From the NCBI GenBank assembly GCA_009602735.1, contig WELA01003469.1, positions 18,166 to 82,165 on the forward strand: a DNA stretch of 64,000 nt, given 5' to 3'. This document shows, piece by piece, positions 12,835-25,730 of the stretch (position 1 is its first letter; each line of letters begins with the position of its first letter). The DNA comes from Mesotaenium endlicherianum. Taxonomy: Eukaryota. A program made the position numbers and the translations under genes. The notes beneath the pieces are model-generated. The model was given only the letters and a program-made list of their open reading frames with translations. It made no database searches and had not been told where the DNA came from.

Positions 12835-13946
12835 CTTGTCATGATTTATTGTGTCGAGGTTGACGTACAAGACCAAGCTCCACTTGTGTGAACCATCAAC
12901 TTAGGAAGACTGACTTTGCATTGATCTTACGCATCCATATGTTGACCTTTTCTAGATTTTCCAAGTCACCAAAGTGTTCCAAGTCACCAAAGTGTAGCAC
13001 GTTAAAGCATCTTCCAAATGGCACCGGTTTCGCGTCATTTGGTTAAGTATCGAGCGAGATAGGCGCGATTTAGTCTGCACCCCTTCTTGCCCCTAGCGGA
13101 ATCACACCAAATGGCCAACTTGTGACTCAATGTACCCAAAGGTGACATTGTTGGCTATTTGTGACCCCAAGGACCCCTAGCTTTGTACGCACAATCCGCG
13201 AGCCCCTTAGCCTACAAAAATCTTGCATAGTAGTGCATCATTGAGGTTATAACTTGGTGACTGCATCACCTACTCCTAGAGGACGCTTCCTCAAGTTCCA
13301 GATTCACTTTTGAGGCACTATCTAGGTAGAATCACCCAAGGTAAGCTCCACCAATGAGAGACACATAGCATATTCTACGTGCTTTGCTTTGATTGATTTT
13401 GAGTTATGCTTAATCTATAGGAGTGCTAGTACATGCCTTGTACACATTAGTGGACATAGAACAGCCTCCTAGTGTGACTTCATGCATTGGATCCGCCGCA
13501 TACGACGCCGGGTTTCCAGAAGTATAAGTATTAGAGATGTCCTTAGAGGAACATCATTTTAGAAGTCCCATTATGCCAGTTTTAAGTCACAGAGGTTATC
13601 AGTAAAGCTTACACTTTCATCTCTTGTGTTTTAGAGACCACTTAGTCTCTCTCTTGTGAAGAGTAAGCCCTCCTGGCTTGCAAAATCTTGATGAACTTCA
13701 CAAGTGGTGAGCAAAGTCACAGCTTAAACCCTGCCAGAGGACTACTTTTGAAGATCATGATGTGCTTCGAGTGATCTTTTGGGCCAGACTTCATTAGTTG
13801 TTTTCCTACCAGATTACAGTCTTGAGGTGCTCACTTTGGAGAGTACACACTCCCGTACTTCTAAAATAATCTCTCTATGCCTGCACGCAAATAGAATCTT
13901 CAGCGTATGCCTACCCGTAGTGGACGTTCTTACCAGCCTTACTACA
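12835..13946 (+). mobile_element. Probable 3' part of the family-B LTR
   Basis: Ends ...TTACTACA, nearly the inverted repeat of TGTAGTGA at 10918/11314. 12880-13075 resembles 1290-1465 (gcgtcatttggtt...gagata). Confidence 0.45.
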
Positions 13947-16358
13947 GAGGAATTTGTGGAGAAGACTCGAACTCCGCTGGTCCCGATGTTTGTGCCAGCA
14001 GCCGAAGCGCCTGCGCCTGAAGCTCCGCTGGCATTCGCAGCCGCTCCTGCGGAGGCGCTAGCGTTTGCCAAGGCGCTAGTTGCAGGAGGACCAGAGCCAG
14101 CAACACTCACGGCGCCAGTGCCAGGTGGGCCAGTGCCACTGGGCGGCCTTCCGGCCGCCGAGGCGGCGCCATCTCTGACAGCTGAGCCAGCAGGCCTGGC
14201 ACCTGCGCCGGGAGCTGCGCAGGCATGCTCAAGAGTGGCCGCACTAGCTCCCGCTACCCTTGTGACGCCAGCGACGGGAGCGCCAGCCCACGAGACACCT
14301 GCTGCGCCTGCGCTGGACGCGCCAACGCCAGGCATGCCAGCGCCAAGGGTGCCAACACCCACGCCAACAGCCGCAGCCGTTCCTGCAGCTGTGCCACCGA
14401 CGGCCGCTGCGCTTTCAGCTGCTGCGCACGCGCTTGCGCCAGCAGCGCTCGCGCCTGCGTCCGGGGGTGCGCCGGCTCTCGCACACACGTCAGCGCCGGC
14501 AGCCATGTCAGCAGCCGCTACGTACGTACCAGCAGCTGCTCCAGCACCGGCAGCTGCGCCAGCATCCGTGACACCTGCGCTGGTAGCTGCGCCAACCGAG
14601 GCGTTCGCCGTCATGCCGACACACGCAGCTGCGCCAGTGCCTGCTGCGCCAACTTTGGCAGCAGCGCCAGCGGCCACTACGCCTACGCCAGCAGCTGTTA
14701 CTCCCATGCTCGCTGCAGCTTCGGACTTTGTTCTGGCCTGCTGCGCACGCACACGGCCTTTGGGCAGCCGCACAACAGCGGGCATGGTTGGATGCAAGCG
14801 CACATCGGTGGCGGCAGTCGGACAACCGGCAATGGCGCAGAAGCGCAACGGACCAGACCAAGGTCGCCACACAAAGGAGGCGCCGCGCTTGCCCCGCTCC
14901 TTCCGCGTGCTGGAGACGCCAGCGGAGCCAGCTACCCTTGCTCCACGCGCACTCGCCTCGCTGATGACTACGGTGCAGCTCAGCGCCGAAGTCATCTTGC
15001 TGACGCTACACCGGATGCCAGCCGTCTCCTTTGCGAAGCTCGGCGTGTCAATGGGGGCCACACGGCAGGCAACTCAGCTATTGCTTTAGTCGCGCAGGGC
15101 CAGCCATTGCACCTCTGGCGGCAGGCCAGCGCCAGACGCGGCAGCGGTGCTCTTCGCACCCGCGTGACCTGCGCGTGAGCGCAGAATGATCAGCACGCCT
15201 AAAGCTGCGTTCTTGGATAATTTGCAGGGGATCGTGCTGGTCAACACGCAGGCCCCGCAGCGCATCATGTTTGACTCTGGCGCCCAGCCAGTCCTCATCA
15301 ACCTGCGCTACTTCCGCCAGCTGGGCCTCTTGTCAGCCGACCTAGAGGATTTGCCGACGCGGATCAACACCGCAGCCGGCACGTCCGAGACCGTCACCGG
15401 GCGCACGCGGCTGGCCCTTTGCTTCACCTTTCAGCCAGGCACTCCGGATGAGACGAGCATCCACCAGCACATGTTGGTCACTCTCTCTGAGACCCTTGAC
15501 GTGCTCCTTGACCAGGACGTTCTCTTTCCTATCGATGCCGCAGTGGATAACTGGGTGGAGTGGGTCTTCTACCGACCTGACTGGCAGTCAGGGGGGACCC
15601 GCACGGCATCCATGTCGCTTGACATCGTGGATCGACGCTCAGCTGAGTCCGCCCTCTACGGCTTCATAGCGCTGGACGACGGTCGACCCGTGGTTTATAC
15701 CAATAAGAGGGGGCCGAGGAGGATGAGGTCTCCGTAGGCGCCAACTTGCTTGAGACGCAAGATGAGGACCCCTAGCTGTCTGGCAAAGCTCCACCTCATG
15801 CCCCAAAAGCAGGTTGACGTTCTAGCCGCACAGGCCAGGGAGACGGTGCGGATCTACGCCGCTCATAACGCCATGATGCGTCAAATGGCGGCGGATGCCG
15901 TCGAGGCACACGCCATCGCCACGGATGCCATTACAGCTGCAGCGCTCGCCCACAACACAGCGACAGCCGCTGCAGTTGCCCCCAGGCCACCGCCTCTAGC
16001 GACAAGTGAACCCTCAGCGAGATCAAACGCTCGCTGACCCGCTTACGGCCCGGTTCTGGCATCTGCTCCGCGTCCTCAACATGGTTGAGGACCGCCAGCC
16101 GCCGCACACGCTCGCCTGGGTGTTAGAGAACGTGGCTGTACGTCACGATTCTCGACCCAACGCTAGTGCCGACTTTGCCCCTCTGCAGCAGCTACGTCGG
16201 TCGTGAGGCCGTCATTGACGCTGCCCAAATTGGCTCCTTCGCGCACCCCGTGCGCGCTTACTTCACCAACTTGGCCATGCAACGCACGCTTAAGGCATTG
16301 GCGGCCGCACATCCACGCCACACGCGCAACGTTAATTCTATCCTCGACGTGGCGCGTC
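13947..16358 (+). mobile_element. Degenerate GC-rich retroelement: Ala/Pro-rich region, aspartic protease and C5 DNA methyltransferase fragment
   Basis: Retropepsin motif IMFDSGAQPVLI in 15186-15737. DNMT-like segments at 16006-16350 are described in the next feature. Confidence 0.7.
16006..16358 (+). pseudogene. Cytosine-5 DNA methyltransferase fragment (motifs V-VIII region), frameshifted
   Basis: LADPLTARFWHLLRVL (post-motif IV / motif V), WVLENV (motif VI ENV), then after a frameshift IDAAQIGSFAHPVRAYFTNL (motif VIII, xHRxRxF/Y-like). Motifs I and IV are not recognisable. Confidence 0.7.
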
Positions 16359-17008
16359 TGGTGAAACGTTTTTAGCTTTTCGAGAGGATCTTTCCTCGGT
16401 ATTCAAGGAATATTTAAATAAAGTAGAAATAAAATCTATATACTTGTGCACATTGAGACATCCTCGAGAAAGCGAAAATGAAATCTAACGTAGAATGTGT
16501 GCTTGTGAGAGTTGCACTCACAATGACTCTGCAGGTATTTATACCTGCACGACGTGAGGCACTGGAGTGCTTCGGGTCACCACCTAGGGCACTACTTCAT
16601 GTCAACAAAAACAGGCGAAGGAGTACGACCCATTTTGGCTGAATGCTCGAAACGCGCCATTTGGCCTTTTGGAGACTTTTTGACGATTTCCGAAAATCCG
16701 TTTCGCGCCAAACGAGCGTTTTCGCGTTCTCGCGACTTTTCGAAAAGTCGCGATTGTTTGCGGAGTCGCGTACACATGCTTTTTGTCATGAACCGGTAGT
16801 TATAAAAACTACTGCGCCAATTGGTTAGGTGTGAACAGTCAAACGACAGGTCGCGGGCTCGATTTTGCTCCGATGCAAAGTCGCTTTGCATATTATGTGT
16901 CGTTTGACTTTTACGACTGTTTGTTCGTATTAACGACTGGTCGTAAATCCAAAATCTGTGACTGTGCATTATCCAAAATAATGACAATCAAAATAACTGA
17001 ATCAAACA
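16359..17008 (-). mobile_element. Possible solo LTR of a third family
   Basis: Minus strand starts TGTTTGA and ends TTTCACCA, with an internal TATAAATA followed by a CT-rich tract. It separates two unrelated truncated elements. No TSD seen. Confidence 0.4.
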
Positions 17009-17014
17009 ATGATT

Positions 17015-19398
17015 AATTGCCCTGGACTCATATTCCTCAGGGTCACCATTGCGAACGGCTTGGACCGGTCCCGGTTGGACAAGTAACTGACTTGTGAACA
17101 GTGTGTCACCCGTAATGTATGGGTCCATGAAAGAGACATTAAAGATTGGGTGACCCTTGTATTCCGCTGACATGTTCAGCTTGTAAGCGTTTGACCGACG
17201 CGGCTTATCACCGTATATGGACCGACCCAAACCGGACCAAGCTTTTTCTTAACCACACCAGGAATATATAAGTGTTGGGAATGTAGTTTGACCAGGTCAC
17301 CTCTAGAAAAAGTCAACTCCCGCCTATGTTAGTTAGCATATTTTTGTTGGTTTTCCTGTGCTTTAAACAAATTTTGTTGGACTTCTGACAGAGTGTCAGC
17401 AAACTCTTGAGTCAATTGACGGGAGATTGGATTGTCAATCCCTTAGGGTGAGTCATAAACTCCCCGAGCACATTTAAAGGAGACTTAGAGACTCTACCCA
17501 AGCTGAGTTTAAAGGGAGTCTTCCCTCTTGTCGCGTGCACAGAACTGTTGACTGCGAATTGAATTTGAGGCAACAAGCCATCCCATTTATCCTGTTTTTG
17601 ATTAATAGAGGCTCTTAGCACCTCTTCTAGAATTCGGTTAGTTCTTTCATTTTGCCTATTTGTCTGAGGGTGGTTTGCTGTACTAAGTAGCTGTTTGACT
17701 CCCATCACCCCATTAAAGCTCTCCAGAACTTAGAGGTAAATTTTGAGACTTTAACTGAGTTTATATTGGAGGGTAGCCCATGTTGGCATACTACCTGATT
17801 GTAGAACCGTCTTGCACTTTTGAGTGCAGTCACCTTGACAGTTGTGGGGATAAAAATGACCACTTTTTTCAATTTATCCACTACTACCAATATAGAATCA
17901 TGCCCATTGGCAATTTGTGGTAGTGTTACCACCCAATCCATTGGTATTGTTTCCCACCTTTGAGCTGGGATTGGTAGTGGTTGTAGTAGCTCTCCAGGTG
18001 GTGCGTGTCTAGACTTATTCTTCTGACACTGATCACAAGACTTAACGTAATGTAAGACCTTCCGAGGCAATCCTTCCCAATGATAGTGTTTTGCCATTTT
18101 GCCAACTGTTTTGGCCTGCCCCAAATGCCCACCCAGTAGGCTGTCATGAGCTTGACTCAGGAAAAGAGACCTTAATTCCAAGTTATTAGGAACAAAGATC
18201 ATTCAGAGTGTGCACTCTTTGGGGATCTATATTGCTGAAGGTCTCCTTTATCTGGTTGTCAGGCATGCATAGTGAATCCACTTTAGCAGGGCCCATAACA
18301 CCTATTAGAGGGCAGCTAGCGATGACTCACTACCTTTAGCATCCTCACAGTCAGTAGACTGGATTACTGACTGTTGCTGTCTCTTGATAGGCTGATCCTT
18401 TCTCTCAACCTTGGGTAGCTGTGTCCTAGGCCACTGCTTCCCGTAGTGGCCTTTCTCTTGGCAATGGTAGCAAGTAGAATTTGCTGAGGCTGGTCTCGGC
18501 TTAGTCCTACCACCACCTCTTTAAAAGCCTCTTCAAAAGTATCCACCCCTACCACAAGACTCAATAGCATTGTACACATAAACATCATGCTCCACATCCT
18601 GGTCATTCTCAGCCTGGTCTCCTTCAATGGCATTGTAGGAAGCATGGAGCTCTTTGACGACTTTAGCCACAAGCGTGCTACTTTGACACTTGTAGATGAA
18701 TTGCTGCTGATTCCAGGCATCAGTATCCTGGATCAAGTGAGCCCGTTTCTCATAATTTTTTTCAGCAAAATGACTTGAGACCTCAGACTTCAAGCCATAC
18801 CTGAAGAATGCTACCCTATACTACTCTGGCAATTCTCGCTTCTTCATCATGTTCTCTTGGAACTTCTGAGCGTACTCAGCGACGGAGGTGGCGTGCCTCA
18901 TCATTAAGGAGATTATTGCATAGATAGCTTTCTCCTGCTGATTGATCACATCAAATTTCTCATGCAGCTTCTCAACAAACTCTACCCAAGTAGGGTCATC
19001 GAGTTATTGAGCCTTACGTTCTCCTTTCTAGTAGAGCAACCAGTCTGCTGCACTACCTTTCAGCAAAGCACCGGTGTGCCTGACCTTCTCGTAGTCTTGC
19101 ATTTTCGGATAGTTGTCCAGCCACTCCTCAACATCAGCAAGAAATTTGATGAGATAATACTTCTTGTTTCCCTCATGGTCATAGTCCTGAGGGAACTTTG
19201 GCTTAGGCTTACTGGGCCCTCTTCCTCCGCGAGTAGACTGAGAACCCAGTTGGTCTCTGTCACGCACCAGTGCTCTCATGATTCTTTTGTCCTCTTGTTG
19301 GGACTCATACATGATGGCCATTTGAGATTGCATTTGTACAAATAATGCACCAAGATCAATAGGCTGTCTTGGCATCCCAGCCATAGCAACAGCAGCAG
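17015..19398 (-). mobile_element. Internally deleted family-A element (gag and integrase/chromodomain remnant), first assembled copy
   Basis: gag and integrase peptides match the intact element. The copy ends at the N at 19399. Confidence 0.85.
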
Positions 19399-19399
19399 N

Positions 19400-22300
19400 T
19401 CAAGAGTGGCCGCACTAGCTCCCGCTACCCTTGTGACGCCAGCGACGGGAGCGCCAGCCCACGAGACACCTGCTGCGCCTGCGCTGGACGCGCCAACGCC
19501 AGGCATGCCAGCGCCAAGGGTGCCAACACCCACGCCAACAGCCGCAGCCGTTCCTGCAGCTGTGCCACCGACGGCCGCTGCGCTTTCAGCTGCTGCGCAC
19601 GCGCTTGCGCCAGCAGCGCTCGCGCCTGCGTCCGGGGGTGCGCCGGCTCTCGCACACACGTCAGCGCCGGCAGCCATGTCAGCAGCCGCTACGTACGTAC
19701 CAGCAGCTGCTCCAGCACCGGCAGCTGCGCCAGCATCCGTGACACCTGCGCTGGTAGCTGCGCCAACCGAGGCGTTCGCCGTCATGCCGACACACGCAGC
19801 TGCGCCAGTGCCTGCTGCGCCAACTTTGGCAGCAGCGCCAGCGGCCACTACGCCTACGCCAGCAGCTGTTACTCCCATGCTCGCTGCAGCTTCGGACTTT
19901 GTTCTGGCCTGCTGCGCACGCACACGGCCTTTGGGCAGCCGCACAACAGCGGGCATGGTTGGATGCAAGCGCACATCGGTGGCGGCAGTCGGACAACCGG
20001 CAATGGCGCAGAAGCGCAACGGACCAGACCAAGGTCGCCACACAAAGGAGGCGCCGCGCTTGCCCCGCTCCTTCCGCGTGCTGGAGACGCCAGCGGAGCC
20101 AGCTACCCTTGCTCCACGCGCACTCGCCTCGCTGATGACTACGGTGCAGCTCAGCGCCGAAGTCATCTTGCTGACGCTACACCGGATGCCAGCCGTCTCC
20201 TTTGCGAAGCTCGGCGTGTCAATGGGGGCCACACGGCAGGCAACTCAGCTATTGCTTTAGTCGCGCAGGGCCAGCCATTGCACCTCTGGCGGCAGGCCAG
20301 CGCCAGACGCGGCAGCGGTGCTCTTCGCACCCGCGTGACCTGCGCGTGAGCGCAGAATGATCAGCACGCCTAAAGCTGCGTTCTTGGATAATTTGCAGGG
20401 GATCGTGCTGGTCAACACGCAGGCCCCGCAGCGCATCATGTTTGACTCTGGCGCCCAGCCAGTCCTCATCAACCTGCGCTACTTCCGCCAGCTGGGCCTC
20501 TTGTCAGCCGACCTAGAGGATTTGCCGACGCGGATCAACACCGCAGCCGGCACGTCCGAGACCGTCACCGGGCGCACGCGGCTGGCCCTTTGCTTCACCT
20601 TTCAGCCAGGCACTCCGGATGAGACGAGCATCCACCAGCACATGTTGGTCACTCTCTCTGAGACCCTTGACGTGCTCCTTGACCAGGACGTTCTCTTTCC
20701 TATCGATGCCGCAGTGGATAACTGGGTGGAGTGGGTCTTCTACCGACCTGACTGGCAGTCAGGGGGGACCCGCACGGCATCCATGTCGCTTGACATCGTG
20801 GATCGACGCTCAGCTGAGTCCGCCCTCTACGGCTTCATAGCGCTGGACGACGGTCGACCCGTGGTTTATACCAATAAGAGGGGGCCGAGGAGGATGAGGT
20901 CTCCGTAGGCGCCAACTTGCTTGAGACGCAAGATGAGGACCCCTAGCTGTCTGGCAAAGCTCCACCTCATGCCCCAAAAGCAGGTTGACGTTCTAGCCGC
21001 ACAGGCCAGGGAGACGGTGCGGATCTACGCCGCTCATAACGCCATGATGCGTCAAATGGCGGCGGATGCCGTCGAGGCACACGCCATCGCCACGGATGCC
21101 ATTACAGCTGCAGCGCTCGCCCACAACACAGCGACAGCCGCTGCAGTTGCCCCCAGGCCACCGCCTCTAGCGACAAGTGAACCCTCAGCGAGATCAAACG
21201 CTCGCTGACCCGCTTACGGCCCGGTTCTGGCATCTGCTCCGCGTCCTCAACATGGTTGAGGACCGCCAGCCGCCGCACACGCTCGCCTGGGTGTTAGAGA
21301 ACGTGGCTGTACGTCACGATTCTCGACCCAACGCTAGTGCCGACTTTGCCCCTCTGCAGCAGCTACGTCGGTCGTGAGGCCGTCATTGACGCTGCCCAAA
21401 TTGGCTCCTTCGCGCACCCCGTGCGCGCTTACTTCACCAACTTGGCCATGCAACGCACGCTTAAGGCATTGGCGGCCGCACATCCACGCCACACGCGCAA
21501 CGTTAATTCTATCCTCGACGTGGCGCGTCTGGTGAAACGTTTTTAGCTTTTCGAGAGGATCTTTCCTCGGTATTCAAGGAATATTTAAATAAAGTAGAAA
21601 TAAAATCTATATACTTGTGCACATTGAGACATCCTCGAGAAAGCGAAAATGAAATCTAACGTAGAATGTGTGCTTGTGAGAGTTGCACTCACAATGACTC
21701 TGCAGGTATTTATACCTGCACGACGTGAGGCACTGGAGTGCTTCGGGTCACCACCTAGGGCACTACTTCATGTCAACAAAAACAGGCGAAGGAGTACGAC
21801 CCATTTTGGCTGAATGCTCGAAACGCGCCATTTGGCCTTTTGGAGACTTTTTGACGATTTCCGAAAATCCGTTTCGCGCCAAACGAGCGTTTTCGCGTTC
21901 TCGCGACTTTTCGAAAAGTCGCGATTGTTTGCGGAGTCGCGTACACATGCTTTTTGTCATGAACCGGTAGTTATAAAAACTACTGCGCCAATTGGTTAGG
22001 TGTGAACAGTCAAACGACAGGTCGCGGGCTCGATTTTGCTCCGATGCAAAGTCGCTTTGCATATTATGTGTCGTTTGACTTTTACGACTGTTTGTTCGTA
22101 TTAACGACTGGTCGTAAATCCAAAATCTGTGACTGTGCATTATCCAAAATAATGACAATCAAAATAACTGAATCAAACAATGATTAATTGCCCTGGACTC
22201 ATATTCCTCAGGGTCACCATTGCGAACGGCTTGGACCGGTCCCGGTTGGACAAGTAACTGACTTGTGAACAGTGTGTCACCCGTAATGTATGGGTCCATG

Positions 22301-24569
22301 AAAGAGACATTAAAGATTGGGTGACCCTTGTATTCCGCTGACATGTTCAGCTTGTAAGCGTTTGACCGACGCGGCTTATCACCGTATATGGACCGACCCA
22401 AACCGGACCAAGCTTTTTCTTAACCACACCAGGAATATATAAGTGTTGGGAATGTAGTTTGACCAGGTCACCTCTAGAAAAAGTCAACTCCCGCCTATGT
22501 TAGTTAGCATATTTTTGTTGGTTTTCCTGTGCTTTAAACAAATTTTGTTGGACTTCTGACAGAGTGTCAGCAAACTCTTGAGTCAATTGACGGGAGATTG
22601 GATTGTCAATCCCTTAGGGTGAGTCATAAACTCCCCGAGCACATTTAAAGGAGACTTAGAGACTCTACCCAAGCTGAGTTTAAAGGGAGTCTTCCCTCTT
22701 GTCGCGTGCACAGAACTGTTGACTGCGAATTGAATTTGAGGCAACAAGCCATCCCATTTATCCTGTTTTTGATTAATAGAGGCTCTTAGCACCTCTTCTA
22801 GAATTCGGTTAGTTCTTTCATTTTGCCTATTTGTCTGAGGGTGGTTTGCTGTACTAAGTAGCTGTTTGACTCCCATCACCCCATTAAAGCTCTCCAGAAC
22901 TTAGAGGTAAATTTTGAGACTTTAACTGAGTTTATATTGGAGGGTAGCCCATGTTGGCATACTACCTGATTGTAGAACCGTCTTGCACTTTTGAGTGCAG
23001 TCACCTTGACAGTTGTGGGGATAAAAATGACCACTTTTTTCAATTTATCCACTACTACCAATATAGAATCATGCCCATTGGCAATTTGTGGTAGTGTTAC
23101 CACCCAATCCATTGGTATTGTTTCCCACCTTTGAGCTGGGATTGGTAGTGGTTGTAGTAGCTCTCCAGGTGGTGCGTGTCTAGACTTATTCTTCTGACAC
23201 TGATCACAAGACTTAACGTAATGTAAGACCTTCCGAGGCAATCCTTCCCAATGATAGTGTTTTGCCATTTTGCCAACTGTTTTGGCCTGCCCCAAATGCC
23301 CACCCAGTAGGCTGTCATGAGCTTGACTCAGGAAAAGAGACCTTAATTCCAAGTTATTAGGAACAAAGATCATTCAGAGTGTGCACTCTTTGGGGATCTA
23401 TATTGCTGAAGGTCTCCTTTATCTGGTTGTCAGGCATGCATAGTGAATCCACTTTAGCAGGGCCCATAACACCTATTAGAGGGCAGCTAGCGATGACTCA
23501 CTACCTTTAGCATCCTCACAGTCAGTAGACTGGATTACTGACTGTTGCTGTCTCTTGATAGGCTGATCCTTTCTCTCAACCTTGGGTAGCTGTGTCCTAG
23601 GCCACTGCTTCCCGTAGTGGCCTTTCTCTTGGCAATGGTAGCAAGTAGAATTTGCTGAGGCTGGTCTCGGCTTAGTCCTACCACCACCTCTTTAAAAGCC
23701 TCTTCAAAAGTATCCACCCCTACCACAAGACTCAATAGCATTGTACACATAAACATCATGCTCCACATCCTGGTCATTCTCAGCCTGGTCTCCTTCAATG
23801 GCATTGTAGGAAGCATGGAGCTCTTTGACGACTTTAGCCACAAGCGTGCTACTTTGACACTTGTAGATGAATTGCTGCTGATTCCAGGCATCAGTATCCT
23901 GGATCAAGTGAGCCCGTTTCTCATAATTTTTTTCAGCAAAATGACTTGAGACCTCAGACTTCAAGCCATACCTGAAGAATGCTACCCTATACTACTCTGG
24001 CAATTCTCGCTTCTTCATCATGTTCTCTTGGAACTTCTGAGCGTACTCAGCGACGGAGGTGGCGTGCCTCATCATTAAGGAGATTATTGCATAGATAGCT
24101 TTCTCCTGCTGATTGATCACATCAAATTTCTCATGCAGCTTCTCAACAAACTCTACCCAAGTAGGGTCATCGAGTTATTGAGCCTTACGTTCTCCTTTCT
24201 AGTAGAGCAACCAGTCTGCTGCACTACCTTTCAGCAAAGCACCGGTGTGCCTGACCTTCTCGTAGTCTTGCATTTTCGGATAGTTGTCCAGCCACTCCTC
24301 AACATCAGCAAGAAATTTGATGAGATAATACTTCTTGTTTCCCTCATGGTCATAGTCCTGAGGGAACTTTGGCTTAGGCTTACTGGGCCCTCTTCCTCCG
24401 CGAGTAGACTGAGAACCCAGTTGGTCTCTGTCACGCACCAGTGCTCTCATGATTCTTTTGTCCTCTTGTTGGGACTCATACATGATGGCCATTTGAGATT
24501 GCATTTGTACAAATAATGCACCAAGATCAATAGGCTGTCTTGGCATCCCAGCCATAGCAACAGCAGCAG
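19400..24569. repeat. Exact-looking tandem duplicate of 14229-19398 (5171-bp offset), probable scaffold-overlap artefact
   Basis: Every ORF is repeated with identical translation at +5171, and the junction is a single N. Confidence 0.9.
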
Positions 24570-25730
24570 CAGCAGCATTATCTCGCAAAGCAGCAGCTTC
24601 GGCACTTCCCCTTTCTGCTGCATTTGCAATGCCCTCAGCGTCCATTTATCTATGGATCCTATCCATCGGCACAGTAGTATTGACAGTAGCAGGAGGTGGA
24701 TTAAGGCGATTGGCCCTGGCTGCCATGAGTTCTTCCACCGTCAGCTCGTCTGCCAGGCGCCTTATCTCCATCTCCCTATCCTCCCCTGCTTTAGCTAATC
24801 TTTCTTCTTCAGCTTGCTGGGTTGCTACCGCAGCAATGGCTGCCGCCTCTTCGGCAGCTTCTCTGCCTGCGGTATTTTCCAAAGCTTATAGGTAAGTGGG
24901 AGGTCCAAAGGATCGGCTCTTTGCCTGACCTTCCACAGTATCATTGTTTTTGTTCTCCATACTTTGAGAGCGGCTAGTTTGAGACTTGGTCTCAGCTACC
25001 ATGCAGAAAACTATGATAAGACCTCCGACACCACTAAAATGAATCGACTTACCAATAAGCAAACAACAACTAATAAAAGATCTTTCTATCAACAATTAAT
25101 CTTTATGGTATATTCTGGTTAAGACCACACAACTAGTGTAAGCAATACTCATAAGTCATATGCAAGTAAACGAACATCAATCATGCAATCCGTAAACTCA
25201 TACATAAGCAAGGCTAGAAGACAGTTTGCATCAATGGCTTCTCGCATTGGATTCAAATCCCTCTCAGTAAGCAATACAAGAAAGTTGGCCTCGTTTTCGA
25301 ATGTCGAACTCGAGAGCATGCCCTAACCTGTGTACATGGAATGAGTTTACTGTTCAACGGCAAGTGCGATGGCACAGCCTATTCGAAGGTAACCACATCG
25401 GTAGGACCTCGGCTAACCAAATGCAAAGCCATCTCCCATCATTCCAAATTGCCATCCATCCGAGGGTGTCCTCTGGCCATTCATTGAGCATATCACACTT
25501 AGATGCATATCTAGGCAGTCACTGATACCGAGTACAGCAGTCAGCTCCCTGTCAAAGAATGTGTCAGCAAGCTGACCTATGTTGACTTCAGCCTGCTGCT
25601 CTCGACTGAGTCATTATACTGAATATTAGTACAAGTCCGGCAGACTTAATATTAACTAGTACAGTAAATTGAACTGAATGAATTATTGTAATCAAATAAA
25701 CATTATATCTAGCAATACTGATTCATTACA
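22186..25730 (-). mobile_element. Internally deleted family-A element with 5' LTR (25035-25730), degenerate PBS, broken gag and integrase remnant
   Basis: LTR begins TGTAATGAATC at 25730 (minus). PBS variant tggtgtcggagg follows. gag MVAETKSQTS... is disrupted, and the sequence jumps from the pol start to integrase at about 23370. Confidence 0.9.

Noticed and set aside
19276..20232. 318-aa minus-strand ORF spanning the N
   Set aside because: Chimeric across the assembly junction and antisense to Ala/Pro-rich sequence.
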